Positions 30,964 through 42,963 of a stretch of 64,000 nucleotides of DNA are shown here, in pieces. Within the stretch, counting starts at the first letter, position 1. Each line of letters starts with the position of its first letter. Position numbers and translations under genes: made by a program. The notes below the pieces were generated by a model. That model was given only the letters and a program-made list of their open reading frames with translations, searched no databases and had not been told where the DNA came from. Source of the DNA: an uncultured Candidatus Rokubacteria bacterium (GTDB taxonomy: Bacteria; Methylomirabilota; Methylomirabilia; Rokubacteriales; CSP1-6); the NCBI GenBank assembly GCA_963754315.1, contig CAVWFS010000005.1:64001-128000 (forward strand), given 5' to 3'.

Positions 30964-32212
30964 ATGAACAAGGCTTACGACGCGATCGTCGTCGGCGCGC
31001 GCTGCGCCGGCGCGCCGACCGCCATGCTCCTTGCTCGGAAGGGCTACAGGGTTCTCGTCGTCGACCGGGCGACGTTCCCGAGCGACACGCATATCGACGC
31101 ACCTCGTCCATCCGCCGGGAGTGGCGGCGCTGCAGCGGTGGGGCCTGCTCGACCGGCTCGTGGCAACCGGATGCCCGCCCATCGACCGGTATTCGTTCGA
31201 CTTCGGCCCCTTCACGATCGCGGGGGCACCCGGCACCGACGAGGCCCCGGTCGCCTATGGCCCCCGGCGGACCGTGCTGGACAAATTGCTCGTCGACGCT
31301 GCGTCCGAGGCGGGAGCCGAGGTTCGCGAGGGGTTCACCGTCGATGATGTCGTCATCGAGGACGGTCGCGTCACCGGCGTTCGCGGCCACGGCAAGGGCG
31401 GCAAGAACGTCACCGAGCGCGCTCGGGTGGTCATCGGAGCGGACGGCCGGCATTCGCTCGTTGCGCGAGCCGTCAGGCCCGCGCAGTACCACGAGAGGCC
31501 GCCGGCTGCTGTGCGGCGTACTACAGCTACTGGAGCGGGCTGCCGATGAACGGTCGCTTCGAAGTCTTCATCCGCCCGCAGCGGTCGTTCGGGGCGTGGC
31601 CCACGCACGACGATCTGACACTGCTTGTCGGCGGCTGGCCCTTTGCGGAGTTCGCCGCCAACAAGAAAGATATCGAAGGCAATTTCCTCAAGATGCTGGA
31701 GCTGGCGCCGGCACTTCGCCGACCGGGTGCGCGCCGCTCGCCGCGAAGCGCGCTTCGTCGGCACGGCCGTGCCGAACTACTTCCGAAAACCCTTCGGCCC
31801 GGGCTGGGCGCTGGTGGGCGACGCTGGCTACAACAAGGACTTCATCACCGCCCAGGGGATCCAGGACGCCTTCCGCGACGCCGAGCTATGCGCCACAGCG
31901 CTCGACGAGGCGTTCTCCGGCGCCCGCTCCTTCGACGCCGCGATGGGCGAGTACCAATCCACTCGCGACGAGCACGTTCTGCCGATGTACGAGTTCACGT
32001 GCGAGCTCGCGACCCTTGCGCCCCCGCCCCCCGAGCTTCAGCGGCTGCTGGCGGCCGTGCACGGCAATCAGGAAGCCATGGACGGGTTCGCGCGGGTCAA
32101 CGCCGGAGTGACGTCGCCAGCCGAGTTCTTTTCCGAAGAGAGCGTCGGACGGATTCTCGCCGCGGCCGGCGATAGCGGCGGCAACGTCCATCTATTGGAG
32201 CTTCGGTCGTGA
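30964..32212 (+). CDS. FAD-dependent oxidoreductase (geranylgeranyl reductase-like), frameshifted
   Basis: [24 protein letters not shown]. Confidence 0.88.
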
Positions 32213-32258
32213 CGTCGTCGTGCACCGGAGCCTCGATGTTCCGTGCGTTGCTCCCGCG

Positions 32259-33237
32259 TCATCCGCGGGAGAGAAGCCGGGCGATAGGACGGGCGTTCCG
32301 GAGCCTGGGTTCCAGCACATCCCGAAGCGCATCGCCGAGAAGGTTGAACCCCAGCACCGTCACGAAAATGGCGAGGCCGGGAAAGATTCCAGCCCAGGGA
32401 GCCCTGGTGACGTGTCCCTGCGCCGCCGCCGTGAGCATGCCCCCCCAGCTCGGGACATCCGGGGGAACGCCGACCCCGAGAAAGCTCAGCGAAGCCTCGA
32501 GGATGATCGCGAACCCCAGGTAATAGGTGGCCAGGATCAGATAGATGGCCAGACAGTTTGGCATGATGTGGCGAACGATCACACGCGCCGACGCGGCGCC
32601 GATCGCCCTGGCCGCCAGCACATACTCCATCTCCTTCACCGAGAGAACCTGCGACCGGACGGTGCGGACCACCGGGCGCCAGCATTCCGATGACGATCGC
32701 GATGATGACGTTGTTCAACGACGAGCCCAGGACAGCCATGATGGCCAGCACGATGATCAAGCCCGGGACGGCCATCATGGCATCCACGATTCTCTGCACG
32801 AAGAGGTCGACCTTGCGGCCGGCATAGGCGGTGGCCATCCCGACCACGAACCATCCGGTCACGCCGATCAGGACAGCGCCAAGGCCGACGTACAGGGAGA
32901 TTCGCGCCCCGTAGATGATCCGGCTGGCCAGATCTCTGCCCACGTGGTCGGTGCCGAGGAGATACGTCTTGCCCGGCGCCACGTAGACGGGCACTCGATT
33001 GTTTTCCTCCCGAATGATCTGTCGGGGATCGTATGGAGAGATCAGGGGAGCCAGCAGGGCCGTCACGAGCAAGGCGAGGACGATGAGCCCGCCCACGGCG
33101 CCCAGTGGTTTCCCTCTGGCGAACTTGGCCACTGTCATCATCGGAGCCCACAGCGCGCGCCATTCCACACGAAGCTGGGGCATGGCTCTCCCGGCGGCCA
33201 ACCCCCGATCCACGGTCAGCTTCTCTTCTGGCGTCAT
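32259..33237 (-). CDS. Peptide/nickel-type ABC permease (DppC/OppC-like), frameshift near 32680
   Basis: LGTDHVGRD..RIIYGARISL, EASLSFLGVG, FNLLGDALRD. Confidence 0.9.
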
Positions 33238-33240
33238 CGC

Positions 33241-34204
33241 TTACTGGTAGCGGATCCTGGGGTCCAGCACGCCGTAGAGCAGGTCGATCAGCAGATTCAG
33301 AATCAGCACGACCGCTGCCATGAGCAGCACCACCGCCTGAATCACGATGAAGTCCCGGTGCACGATGCTGTCGATCAGGAGGGTTCCCAGGCCGGGCACC
33401 ACGAAGATCGACTCGACGATGATCACGCCTCCCAAGAGCCGGGTGAACTGATAGCCGGAGACGGTCAACACAGGCAGGAGGGCGTTTTTCAGGGCATGCC
33501 GTCCGACGACCAGGCGCTCCATCAGGCCCTTGGCGCGAGCGGTTCGAAGATAGTCCTCCCGCATCACCTCCAGCATCGTGGAGCGGGTCACTCTCGGCCG
33601 TGAAGGCAAGATCGGTGAAGGCAAGGGTCAGCGCCGGCAGGATCAGCTGCTGCAGGTTCAGGAGGGGGTCGTCTCTCAGGGTGGCGTAGCCCAGGGGCGG
33701 TAACCACTCAAAGAAGGTCGCGAGAGTGTAGACGAGCACGATGCCCAGCCAGAACGTGGGCAGCGCGATGCCGATGACGGAGAAGACCCGGCTGAAATAG
33801 TCGAAGGCGGTGTCCTGCTTCACGGCGGAAATGACGCCCAGAGGCACGGCCGCACCGATGGCCAGGACGATAGCCATGACCGCGAGCTCCATGGTGACGA
33901 GAAACCGGTCCTTCAACTGCTCCCATACAGGCGTCCGGTACCACAGGGACATCCCCAGATCGCCCCGGAGCACGTTCCCGAGCCAGCTTGCGTATTGAAC
34001 GTAGAGCGGGCGGTCGAGACCCAGCTGCTGCCGCAATTGCTGGAGCTGTTCCGGAGCGACCGAGCCGGTGTCACCTTCCCCGCCCGCGAGGATGGTCAGG
34101 GCCGGGTCTCCGGGGACGATCCAGAAGAGCGCAAAGACGAGGATCGTCGCGACCAGCAAGGTGGGGATGAAGAGCAGCGCTCTTCCGAGGGCGTACTGTC
34201 CCAT
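33241..34204 (-). CDS. Peptide/nickel-type ABC permease (DppB/OppB-like), frameshift near 33595
   Basis: GLDRPLYVQY, RTARAKGL..HALKNALLP, LDPRIRY. Confidence 0.9.
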
Positions 34205-34219
34205 GCCGAGCCCCGGACG

Positions 34220-35953
34220 TCAGTGTCCAGGCACCGAGGCCTCGGGATCCCACCAGATGTGTTCGAAGTGCTTCACGATCTGCTCCGATCCGGGGACGTG
34301 GAAGTTCCGGAGCCGGTAGTCCATCATGCCGCCCGACGATCCCCAGGTGAGGGGCACCATGTGACTCTCCCCCTGCCGGAGAATATCCACCGCCTCCCTG
34401 AACAGGCGTAGGCGCTTCGGCCACTCGGGCTCCCGCGCCTGCGCCAGGATGATCTCGGCCAGCCTCGGCTGACGCCAGCTATCGGGATTCTTCTGGCCGC
34501 CGATGACGAGGAAATGCTGATTCAAGTAGTCCGCGGGATCGAGAATGATGACCCCGGATGAGTCCGACGAGGCATGATGCGTCCCCCGGATGATGCGGTC
34601 GACCTGGGTGGCTCGATCCACGACCTCCACGGTGAAGTCGATGCCGAGGCTCTTCCTCAATTGCTCGGCCACGACCTCGGCCTGTTTGACCACCATGGGA
34701 ACGTTTCCCACGTTCAGGGTGGCCTTGAGGCCGTTGGCATGGCCCGCGGCCGCCATGAGCGCTTTGGCCTCCGCCACATCCTGGTCCTTGGGCCGGCGCC
34801 AGCCCTTCACCTGCGCGAGCTCCTCCGGAGACTCGACGATCTTGCCTCCCTTGTTCGGCAGGAACGTCCCGACAGAGCCGAAGCAGCCAAACGACTCCGC
34901 ACACCGGACGATCTTCACCAGCTCGTGCCGGTCGATGGCCAGGAAGACGGCCCGCCTCACCCGCACGTCGTTGAAGGGGGGCTTGTTCATGTGCAAGACC
35001 AGGTACGTTTGTACGGCCTCGGGAATGTAGATGGCCCTCACGCGACCCTTGGTCTCCCGCTGAATCCGCATCGGGTCTTCGTTGCCGTAGGTGCCGATGG
35101 TCGGTCCCTCGGTGGTATGGGCCTGCCCCACCTGCATGGCCGCCAGGCGTCGGTTGTAGTCCCGGACGATCGTGAACAGCATGCCGTCGAAATACGGCAA
35201 GCCCTTCTTGAAGTAGTTCGTGTTTCGCACGTATTCGATCGAGATGTTCGGCTTGAACTCCTTGAGCTTCCACGGACCGGACCCGATCAGCTTTCCCGGT
35301 TTCTGCGCGTCCTCCGGCGAGAGGGCGCCCGCGACGTGTTTCGGATACATCTTCATATACTCCGAGGCCAGATTCTCGAGGAACAAGGGGGTGGCGAACT
35401 TGATGGGAACCCTGATCGTCCGGTCGTCGACCACCTGAGCGCTCTGGTGCTCGTAGAACGTGCGCAAGACGCCGGTCCTGACTCTGATGGCGCCGGGCTC
35501 GACGATCCGATCCAGCGAGAACTTGATGTCCTCGGCGGTGACGGGTTGCCCATCGTGCCACTGCGCCTGTCGCAAGCGGAACGTATAGGTTTTCCCGTCG
35601 CGACTCACCGTCCAGCTCTCGCAGAGATCGCACACGATCTCGTCGGGATTGACCGGATTGTGGTAGACAAGCCCGTTGAACTGAGGCGAGGAGGGCATGA
35701 GGCAGTCGGGAAGGGTGCCGCACGCGTGGACGTCCCACTGGCCCGGGTTGAAGCCGGTGATCCCCTTGAGGACCATCTTCTGGTATTTCCCCTTGGCGAC
35801 CCAGTCCGGCGGCCACGGGAAGCTGAACGTCTGGCCGTCGGCCGAGGACGTTTGGGCGTCCACGGCGGCTGGCGGCGCAGCCACCACCGACGTCAAGAGG
35901 AGCAACAAGGCGAGGGCCACACCATTCACTCTGCCTGTGCTTGCGCGTGCCAT
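34220..35953 (-). CDS. ABC substrate-binding protein, family 5
   Basis: Signal peptide; DLCESW..DGKTYTFRLR..WHDGQPVTAED, GSGPWK, PFNDVRVRRA. Confidence 0.92.
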   Translation of the reverse strand: MARASTGRVNGVALALLLLLTSVVAAPPAAVDAQTSSADGQTFSFPWPPDWVAKGKYQKMVLKGITGFNPGQWDVHACGTLPDCLMPSSPQFNGLVYHNPVNPDEIVCDLCESWTVSRDGKTYTFRLRQAQWHDGQPVTAEDIKFSLDRIVEPGAIRVRTGVLRTFYEHQSAQVVDDRTIRVPIKFATPLFLENLASEYMKMYPKHVAGALSPEDAQKPGKLIGSGPWKLKEFKPNISIEYVRNTNYFKKGLPYFDGMLFTIVRDYNRRLAAMQVGQAHTTEGPTIGTYGNEDPMRIQRETKGRVRAIYIPEAVQTYLVLHMNKPPFNDVRVRRAVFLAIDRHELVKIVRCAESFGCFGSVGTFLPNKGGKIVESPEELAQVKGWRRPKDQDVAEAKALMAAAGHANGLKATLNVGNVPMVVKQAEVVAEQLRKSLGIDFTVEVVDRATQVDRIIRGTHHASSDSSGVIILDPADYLNQHFLVIGGQKNPDSWRQPRLAEIILAQAREPEWPKRLRLFREAVDILRQGESHMVPLTWGSSGGMMDYRLRNFHVPGSEQIVKHFEHIWWDPEASVPGH

Positions 35954-35994
35954 GCTGACCTCCTTGTCGTATCCCGTGCCACACCCGATCCGTG

Positions 35995-38900
35995 TCAGGC
36001 GAGAGTGTCGAGCATGCGCCTAGCCTCGCGCAGATCGCGCGTATCGAAGCCCTCGCTGAACCAGCTATAGACCTCGGCGAGTTGGCGGCGTGCCTCCTCC
36101 CGGCGGTTTTGCTCTATGAGGACCCGTGCCCGGCTCATGGTCGCGCGGAGCTCGAGCGACTTTTCGCCTCGACTCCGGGCCACCTCGATCGCGGCCCGGA
36201 ATCGCGACTCGCCGTCGCCTGTCCTGCCGCCTCTCGCCATCAGCTCGCCTTCGAGCCGGAGCACCTCCGCTGCGCAGAATGCCTGCCGATCGGTCTCGCC
36301 AATCGAGGCGAGGGCTCGACGGCCCTCCTCCAGACAACCGGCGATCAGACACGCCTCGGCGAGGGTGCAGAGGGAGACGACCTGACGCCACGCGGCGCCA
36401 CGCCGCTGCGCGACTTCCCGAGCCAACCCGGCCAAGGTCTCGGGACTCACCGGCTCTGCGGCCATCGCGAAGGGCAGGGCACGTGCGTTCCCGAGCCACG
36501 TGAAGAAGCCGTAGGTGGTGCCGATGTCGATGAGCTTTCGTACGATCTGGGCCGTCGCGTCGTACTCGCCCCGCTGATAGTACAGCCACGCCGCGAACCA
36601 GTACGTGATGCTCGTGGTCATCGGGTGGTCAAGCGCCGCGGCAAGCCGGAGGGCGTCGCGCAAGGTGGCCAGTGCTCGATCGGGATAGCCAAGGAGCCAC
36701 TGGTTGGCGGCGAGCTGATAGCGCGCGCAGACGCCAGGATCGTGGCCGCCGTACAGCAGTGCCTGCGACGCGTGATGCTCGCGGTCGTAGAGCGCGATTC
36801 CCCGCTCGCCGTAGGCGGCGGCCGTGCTCGCTTGTCCCATTGCGGTGGCGGTCGCCCACAGCGCGTGGTACGCCTCCAAGAGTCGCCCCGTGTCCTCCCC
36901 ACTCTGGGCGTCTTCGAGCAACCGTTCGCCAGCCTCCCGCGCCGCCGTGTAGTCACCCCGGTTATAGGCGACAAACCACAGGCCCCAAAGAACGGGAAAG
37001 CGGCGGGGTAAGTCGCCAAGCCGGTTCACGAGATCGAGCGCGTGGGTGTACGACGCCTCAACCTGCTCGGCCCCGGCGCCGTGCAACGCGATCAGCGCGG
37101 TTCCGAGCGTCATCCGGATGTCCAGCGTGCTGGACAGGATCGCCGGCGTCTCGGGGAGCTTGGCGACATGGGCGAGGGCGGTCTCGAGGAAGTCCCTAGC
37201 CTCGCGATTGGCCGACCGAGCCACCGCCTTCGCTCCGGCTTGAGCAAGATAGGTCACGGCCTTCTCCGTCAGTCCGCCACCGACGGCATGATGAGCGAGC
37301 ACCTCCACCTGCTCGGCCACCCCGTCGGCATGCAGGCGCTCGATCGCCTCCACGAGCGCGGCGTGCAATGCGCGCCGCCGCTCGTGCAGGACGGCACCAT
37401 AGGCGACCTCGTGGGTCAGGGCGTGCTTGAACGTGTACTCGAGATCGGGGAACAGGCGCGCCTCGTACAGGAACTCCGCGGTCTGGAGCTCCGCGATCGC
37501 TTGTCGCAGCTCCTCGTCTGCCATCTCGGCCACGGCGGCGAGGAGCGGGAACGGCACGTCCTTGCCCACGACGGCGGCGGCCTGGAGCAGACGCCTGAGG
37601 CTCGGGTGGAAGTCGGTCGATGCGCGCGGCCAGAATCGCCTGGACGGTCGCCGGCATCTGGAGGGTTTCAGGCGGGCGGGCGAGCTGGTAGGCGCCGGGT
37701 TGGCCGACGAGCATGCCGGTCTCGACGAGCGTCCGCACGCTCTCCTCGAGAAACAGCGGGTTGCCCTCGGTCCGTTCGATGAGGGCCGCCTTGAGAGGCT
37801 GCACACGCGCCTGGCCACCCAGGAGCCCTTGCAAGAGCTCGTCGGCGCTCTCGGGCGCCAATGGATCGAGCCGAAGCTGGCGGTAATACGTCTTGTTGCC
37901 CCACTCGTGGCGGTACTCGGGGCGATAGTTCACGGCGAGGAGGATGGGCGCCGTCGGCAAACTCTCGACAAGGCTATCGAGCACACCTTGGGTTTCGGCA
38001 TCGACCCAGTGCAGGTCCTCGAAGACGAGGAGCAGGGGTTGAACCCCGCTCTCGCGCAGGAGTATCCGCTTCACGGCCTCGAGGGCCCGCCGCCGCCGCT
38101 CCGCAGGCTCGAGCGCGAAGAACGAATCCTCGGGCGGAAGAGCGTCCAGCACCCACGTGATGGCCGGCAGAGTGTCCTCCAGCGCTCGATCGAGCGTGAG
38201 AACGGTGCCGGTCACCTTGGCGCGGACGCCGCGGACATCGTCGCCGTCCTCGATCCGGAAGTAGCTCCGCAGCAGAGAGATCACGGGCAGAAACGAGGTC
38301 GCTCGGCCGTAGGAGACCGAGCTGGCCTCGAGCGCGAGCCATCCCTGACTGTGGTGCGACCGGAGGAACTCATAGAACAGCCGCGACTTCCCCACGCCGG
38401 GATCGCCGACCACCGCGACGAGCTGTCCCCGGCCCCGCCGGGCCTGCTCCGCCGCCTGGCGAAGCTGGTCCATCTCCGTATCACGGCCGACGAAACGGGT
38501 GAAGCCGCGGGTCGATGTTGCCTGCAGGCGCGTGCGGACGCGCGTAGCGCCGCTGAGCTCGAAGACCTCGACGGGTTCGGCCACCCCCTTGACCGGGATC
38601 GGCCCGAGTGCCTTCACCTCGATGAAGCCCTCGGCGAACTGCAGCACTGCGAGCGTGAGTCGGATGGCGCCGGGAGGCGCGAGCTGCTCCATCCGCGCCG
38701 CCAGATGCGTCGTCTGCCCCACGGCGGTGTAGTCCATGCGCAGGTCGCTGGCGATGGAGCGAAGCACGACCTCTCCCGAGTTCAGTCCCACACGGATCTG
38801 GACCTCGATGCCGCGGCTTCGCCGCATCTCGTCCGTGACGCGCCGGATGGCCTCCTGCATGCGGAGGGCGGCGTAGCACGCGCGCAGAGCATGGTCCTCG

Positions 38901-39349
38901 TGGGCGAGCGGGGCGCCGAAGAGCGCCATGATCCCGTCGCCCATGACCTGGTTGACGGTTCCCTCGTACCGGTGCACCGCCTCCATCATCAGTTCGAGGA
39001 CCGAGTCGAGAACCGTGCGCGCCTCTTCGGGATCACGGTCAGCCAGCAGTTCCATCGAGCCCTTCATATCGGCAAAAAGGACCGTGACTTGCTTTCGCTC
39101 ACCCTCGAGCGCCGCCCTCGAGGTCAGGATCTTCTCGGCGAGGCGCTTCGGCGTGTATGCCTCGGGGGCTTGGAACCGCGCCTGACTTGCCGACAGCGCT
39201 CCCACCAGGCTTCCGCACTTGTTACAGAACCGCGATCCAGCGGGAAGCTCGGCGCCACACGCCGCACAAACAAGGGCCAAGCGTGCCCCGCAGTCGAGAC
39301 AGAAATTCGAGCCAGGCGGGTTCTCCCGCTGGCACTGGGGACACTTCAT
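35995..39349 (-). CDS. Double zinc ribbon + class III cyclase + AAA/STAND + TPR protein, frameshift near 37610
   Basis: CPQC/CLDC/CAAC/CNKC; VLFADMKGS; GDGIMALFG; GDPGVGKS; FEDLHW; GNPLFLEE; FKHALTHEVAY. Confidence 0.92.
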
Positions 39350-39366
39350 GGCGGGGCCTCCATGCG

Positions 39367-39436
39367 GCAGGCCGTTCTCGAATTGATCGGTGGGCCGAGC
39401 CTAGCGCCCGGGTCGCTCGCGGTCAACAGCAGCCCC
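39367..39436. repeat. Left copy of 70-bp direct repeat; contains a sigma70-like promoter on the minus strand
   Basis: Matches 40199-40267; minus TTGACC-N17-TAGGCT (39426-39398). Confidence 0.9.
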
Positions 39437-39485
39437 AGGTCGCCGACCGTGGACTGAACCCGAGCTCCCCTCAGCGGAGGCGCCG

Positions 39486-39906
39486 TTACGGAACGAGCGT
39501 GACGGCTACCCCGAGACGCCTCGCAGACCGGGACAGGTCCCGGTCGGCGGTCGCTAGGCGGAGCCCCTCAAGTGTCGGCAACGGCGAGGTGGAGCGCATC
39601 CAGCGCCTGAAGTGGCAACGAGAATCGGGCAAGCCAGCCTCGGGCGGCATCGTAGTGCCGACGCTCGATCGCGATGCGCGCGTACAGGCCCGCCTGGAGA
39701 TGGTCGACGAACTGCAACCCTGTCCGCCTGGCGTCCGTCGCCGACATGTCTTTCATGCGCACTTTTCTTGCCAGAGCGGAGAAGAACTCCACTTCGATCA
39801 GGTCGCTCACCGTCGGGCTCGAGTCGGAACGAAGAGTCCGTTCCGCCACCTGACTCAAGGCTTCGGGGCAGTAGTACGGGACCAAGAGGCTGGTATCGAT
39901 GTACAT
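39486..39906 (-). CDS. vapC: PIN-domain toxin, frameshift near 39570
   Basis: YIDTS, EVEF, LDALHLA, then LATADRDL in the next frame. Confidence 0.9.
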
Positions 39907-40142
39907 CAGTAGCGCGCGTTCCGACGAGCACGGACGACCGTCCGGCTCACCGGCTCGCCCGTCACACGAATCGATGCGCGGAACGATCCCAGAGGCGGCA
40001 GCCGTCGTTTGCTTGGGCGCGGATGGACCAATCGGGCTACCTCTCGTCCACGCCGAACCACCGATACCTTGTGACCCGAGGACACCTCGTCGAGAAGAGC
40101 CTTGAGCCTGCTGCGCGCCTCAGCGACACTGACCGTCTTCAA
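39906..40142 (-). CDS. Phd/YefM-family antitoxin
   Basis: KTVSVAEARSRLKALLDEV..RRGREVARLV; TTG start with AGGAGGA; operator-like TACAA-N5-TTGTA (40159-40173). Confidence 0.9.
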   Translation of the reverse strand: MKTVSVAEARSRLKALLDEVSSGHKVSVVRRGREVARLVHPRPSKRRLPPLGSFRASIRVTGEPVSRTVVRARRNARY

Positions 40143-40198
40143 GTGCTGCGTCCTCCTGTACAAATGAATTGTAGATGAGAAAAGTGGGTCACACACGA

Positions 40199-40267
40199 GC
40201 AGGCCGTTGCCGAATCGATCGGTGGGCCGAGCCCAGCGCCGGGTCGCTCGCGGTCAACAGCGGCCCC
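40199..40267. repeat. Right copy of direct repeat flanking the TA pair
   Basis: 5 substitutions and 1 indel versus 39367-39436. Confidence 0.9.
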
Positions 40268-40290
40268 GCTCGCGATCGTCGTACCGCCCC

Positions 40291-41716
40291 TCAGCCCAGG
40301 CGCGGTGCTGCCTCGATCCGTGAGCGGCCGCGCGTGAGCGAGGCAGCGAGCGCCAGCGCCACCAGGACGGCGCACGCCAGGCACGTCGCGTTGATCGCCG
40401 CGACGAAGGCGGCCGGATCGTCCGGCGTCGGCGCGAGGCCGGCCGTCCCCGTATAGCGGCGGAAGGCCGTGGTCATGAGCAGGCCCGCCAGCGAGATCCC
40501 CAGCAGCGATCCCACGCCGAAGACCGTCTGGACCATCCCGGTGGCAAAGCCGCGGTATTCCCTCGGGCACGGAGCCGACCAGAGCGGCCTGATTGGCGGT
40601 GTTGAAGAACCCCGTCCCCAGCCCGGTAAAGATCATGGCCAGCGCGGGCAGCAGCCACGACGAGTCGACCCGCAGCAGGAACCCGACGACAAAGGCACCC
40701 AGGGTCAGCACGATCCCGATGGAGGTCGGTGGTCGCGGACCCAGCCGATCGGTGAGCACGCCGCTCAGGCTCGCGCACACGATGGTGGCCACGGGCGCGC
40801 CCAGGAAGACGAGACCCATGAACGAGGGCGACAGGCCGAGCACACTCTGCATGTAGAAGGGCAGCAGGAAGCCCAGCACGCTGTTGGCCGTGCCGAGGAC
40901 GAGCAGGCTCACCACGCTGGCCGTGAACATCCGGATCCTGAACAGCGCGAAGTTGACGATGGGATCGCTCGCCCGCCACTCCTGGACGACGAAGCCCACG
41001 ACGGCGCCGACCAGAACGAGGGCCACCGCGCTCGAGCGGCCGGCTCCGACCAGGGCGGCGCCTTTCCGGTCGAGCAGCAGGGTGAGCGCGACGGTGATCG
41101 CGACGAGGAGTGCGGCGCCGACATAGTCGATGGGCGGTCGGTCGCCCCGGGTGACCACCTGGACGCGACGAGCGCGCATCGCGGTGAGCACCACGCCGGT
41201 GATCCCCAGAGGGACGAGCAGGAAGAAAACCCACCGCCATCCGAGCCAGTCGATCACGAGCCCGCCGAGCGGGGGCCCGATCAGAAAGCCCACGTGATAG
41301 CTCATGGTCATGAGACCGTTCGCCTTGCCCTCCGAGCCCTCGGGCATGGCGTCCATGGCCAGCACGCGAGTGGCCGAGGAGATCATGGCCGCGCCGACGC
41401 CCTGGAATGCGCGGAAGAGCACGAGGAGGAGCACATTGGCGGCAAGCCCGCACAGCAGCGAGGTCGCGGCCAGGATGGCAAACCCGAGGCCGTAGATCGC
41501 GTATCGCCCGTAGACGTCGCCGACGCGGCCGAAGACCACCGACAGGCTGATGCCGGCTAGCTGGTAGGCGATCAGAGCCCAGGAGATGCCAAGAATGTCG
41601 GCGTCGAGGGCGGCGGCGATGGTGGGCAGCGCCACGATGAAGATGCGCGAGGCGAAGCCCGTGAGGAACTGGCCCATGACGGCGTTGGTGAGAAGGAGCC
41701 GATCGATCCCGGGCAC
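40291..41716 (-). CDS. MFS transporter (DHA2-like), frameshift near 40560
   Basis: FGRVGDVYGR, FRAFQGVGAAM, GPPLGG..GWRWVFF. Confidence 0.9.
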
Positions 41717-41814
41717 CGGCGCACCCTACCACACCACCGTCGTCGTCATGGTCGCCAGCCTGCTTGACGGTGGCCTTCTCCCCGAACCATGATGTGTGAC
41801 TGGTCGAGCGGGAG

Positions 41815-42954
41815 ATGACCACCATGAAGATGCTGCGGACGCCCTTCCTGCTCCTGCCTGTCTTGCTCCTGACGCTCGTCGCGGGGCGCCGCGCCGAGGC
41901 GCTGGCCATTCCCGGCCCCTGCGAGGATGGCCTGCTGCCGAGCGGTGCGCTGTCACGCGTCTGCGTGCCCACCTTCGGCTGGAACGGCCAGCTCGTCGTC
42001 TTTGCTCACGGGTACGTCGCGTTCAACCAGCCCATCGGCTTCTATCACCTCGAGTTGCCTGATGGGACGAACATTCCGACGCTCGTGCAAATCCTCGGTT
42101 TTGCCTTCGCGACGACGAGCTACCGGCAAAATGGTCTGGCCATCCTGGAGGGAGTGGAGGACATCCGCGAGCTCATCGCCGCCTTCAAGGCGGCCGCCCC
42201 TCTGGATCCACTGCGCACGTACGTGACGGGGGTCTCCGAAGGCGGCATCATCGCCGCCCTGCTGGCCGAGCGTTTCCCGGACATGTTCACGGGCGCCCTC
42301 GCCACCTGCGGTCCCATCGGGAGTTTCCGCGGACAGGTCAACTACGTCGGCGATTTCCGGGTGCTGTTCGACTACTACTTTCCCGGCGTCATTCCCGGCT
42401 CGCCAACGTCCATACCGCCCGAGGTGATCGATTCGTGGAACACGGTGTACCAGCCGCACGTCCTCGCCGCGATCGCGGCCAATCCCCCCGCGGCACGGGA
42501 ACTGCTCCGGGTCGCGCGCGTGCCCTTCGACAGCTCGGATCCGACGACGATCGCGCAGAGCGTCGTCGGCGTGCTCTGGTACAACATCTTCGGCACCAAC
42601 GACGCGAACGCGAAACTTGGAGGCAACCCCTATGGCAACCGCTTCCGTTGGTATTTCGGGTCGTCTGACGACCTCAGGCTGAACCTCGGTGTCCGGCGCT
42701 TCCGCGCGACAGCGGCCGCCCTCACCGCCCTGGCGGCGTACGAAACGAGCGGCGACCTCCGCATCCCGCTGGTAACCTTGCACACCACGCAGGACGAGAT
42801 CATCCCCGTGTGGCACGAGCTGCTCTACCTCTTCAAGCAGCGGCCGACGGCGAACGGCGTGTTTCTGCCCATCCCGGTGGATCGCTACGGGCACTGCGCA
42901 TTCACAGCGACGGAGGTTCTCGCGGCCTTTGGCCTCCTGCTGAGTCTCCCCTAA
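41815..42954 (+). CDS. Secreted alpha/beta hydrolase
   Basis: Signal peptide; FAHGY; GVSEGG nucleophile elbow; D (TQDE) and H (GHC). Confidence 0.8.
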   Translation: MTTMKMLRTPFLLLPVLLLTLVAGRRAEALAIPGPCEDGLLPSGALSRVCVPTFGWNGQLVVFAHGYVAFNQPIGFYHLELPDGTNIPTLVQILGFAFATTSYRQNGLAILEGVEDIRELIAAFKAAAPLDPLRTYVTGVSEGGIIAALLAERFPDMFTGALATCGPIGSFRGQVNYVGDFRVLFDYYFPGVIPGSPTSIPPEVIDSWNTVYQPHVLAAIAANPPAARELLRVARVPFDSSDPTTIAQSVVGVLWYNIFGTNDANAKLGGNPYGNRFRWYFGSSDDLRLNLGVRRFRATAAALTALAAYETSGDLRIPLVTLHTTQDEIIPVWHELLYLFKQRPTANGVFLPIPVDRYGHCAFTATEVLAAFGLLLSLP

Positions 42955-42963
42955 GCGGCCACG

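Noticed and set aside
35967..35981. sigma54-like TGGCACGGGATACGA before the SBP gene
   Set aside because: Poor -12 box, and it abuts the RBS, leaving no room for a transcript leader.
5310..41716. Programmed frameshifting as the cause of split genes
   Set aside because: The shifts are numerous, occur in unrelated families, and have no common slippery motif.
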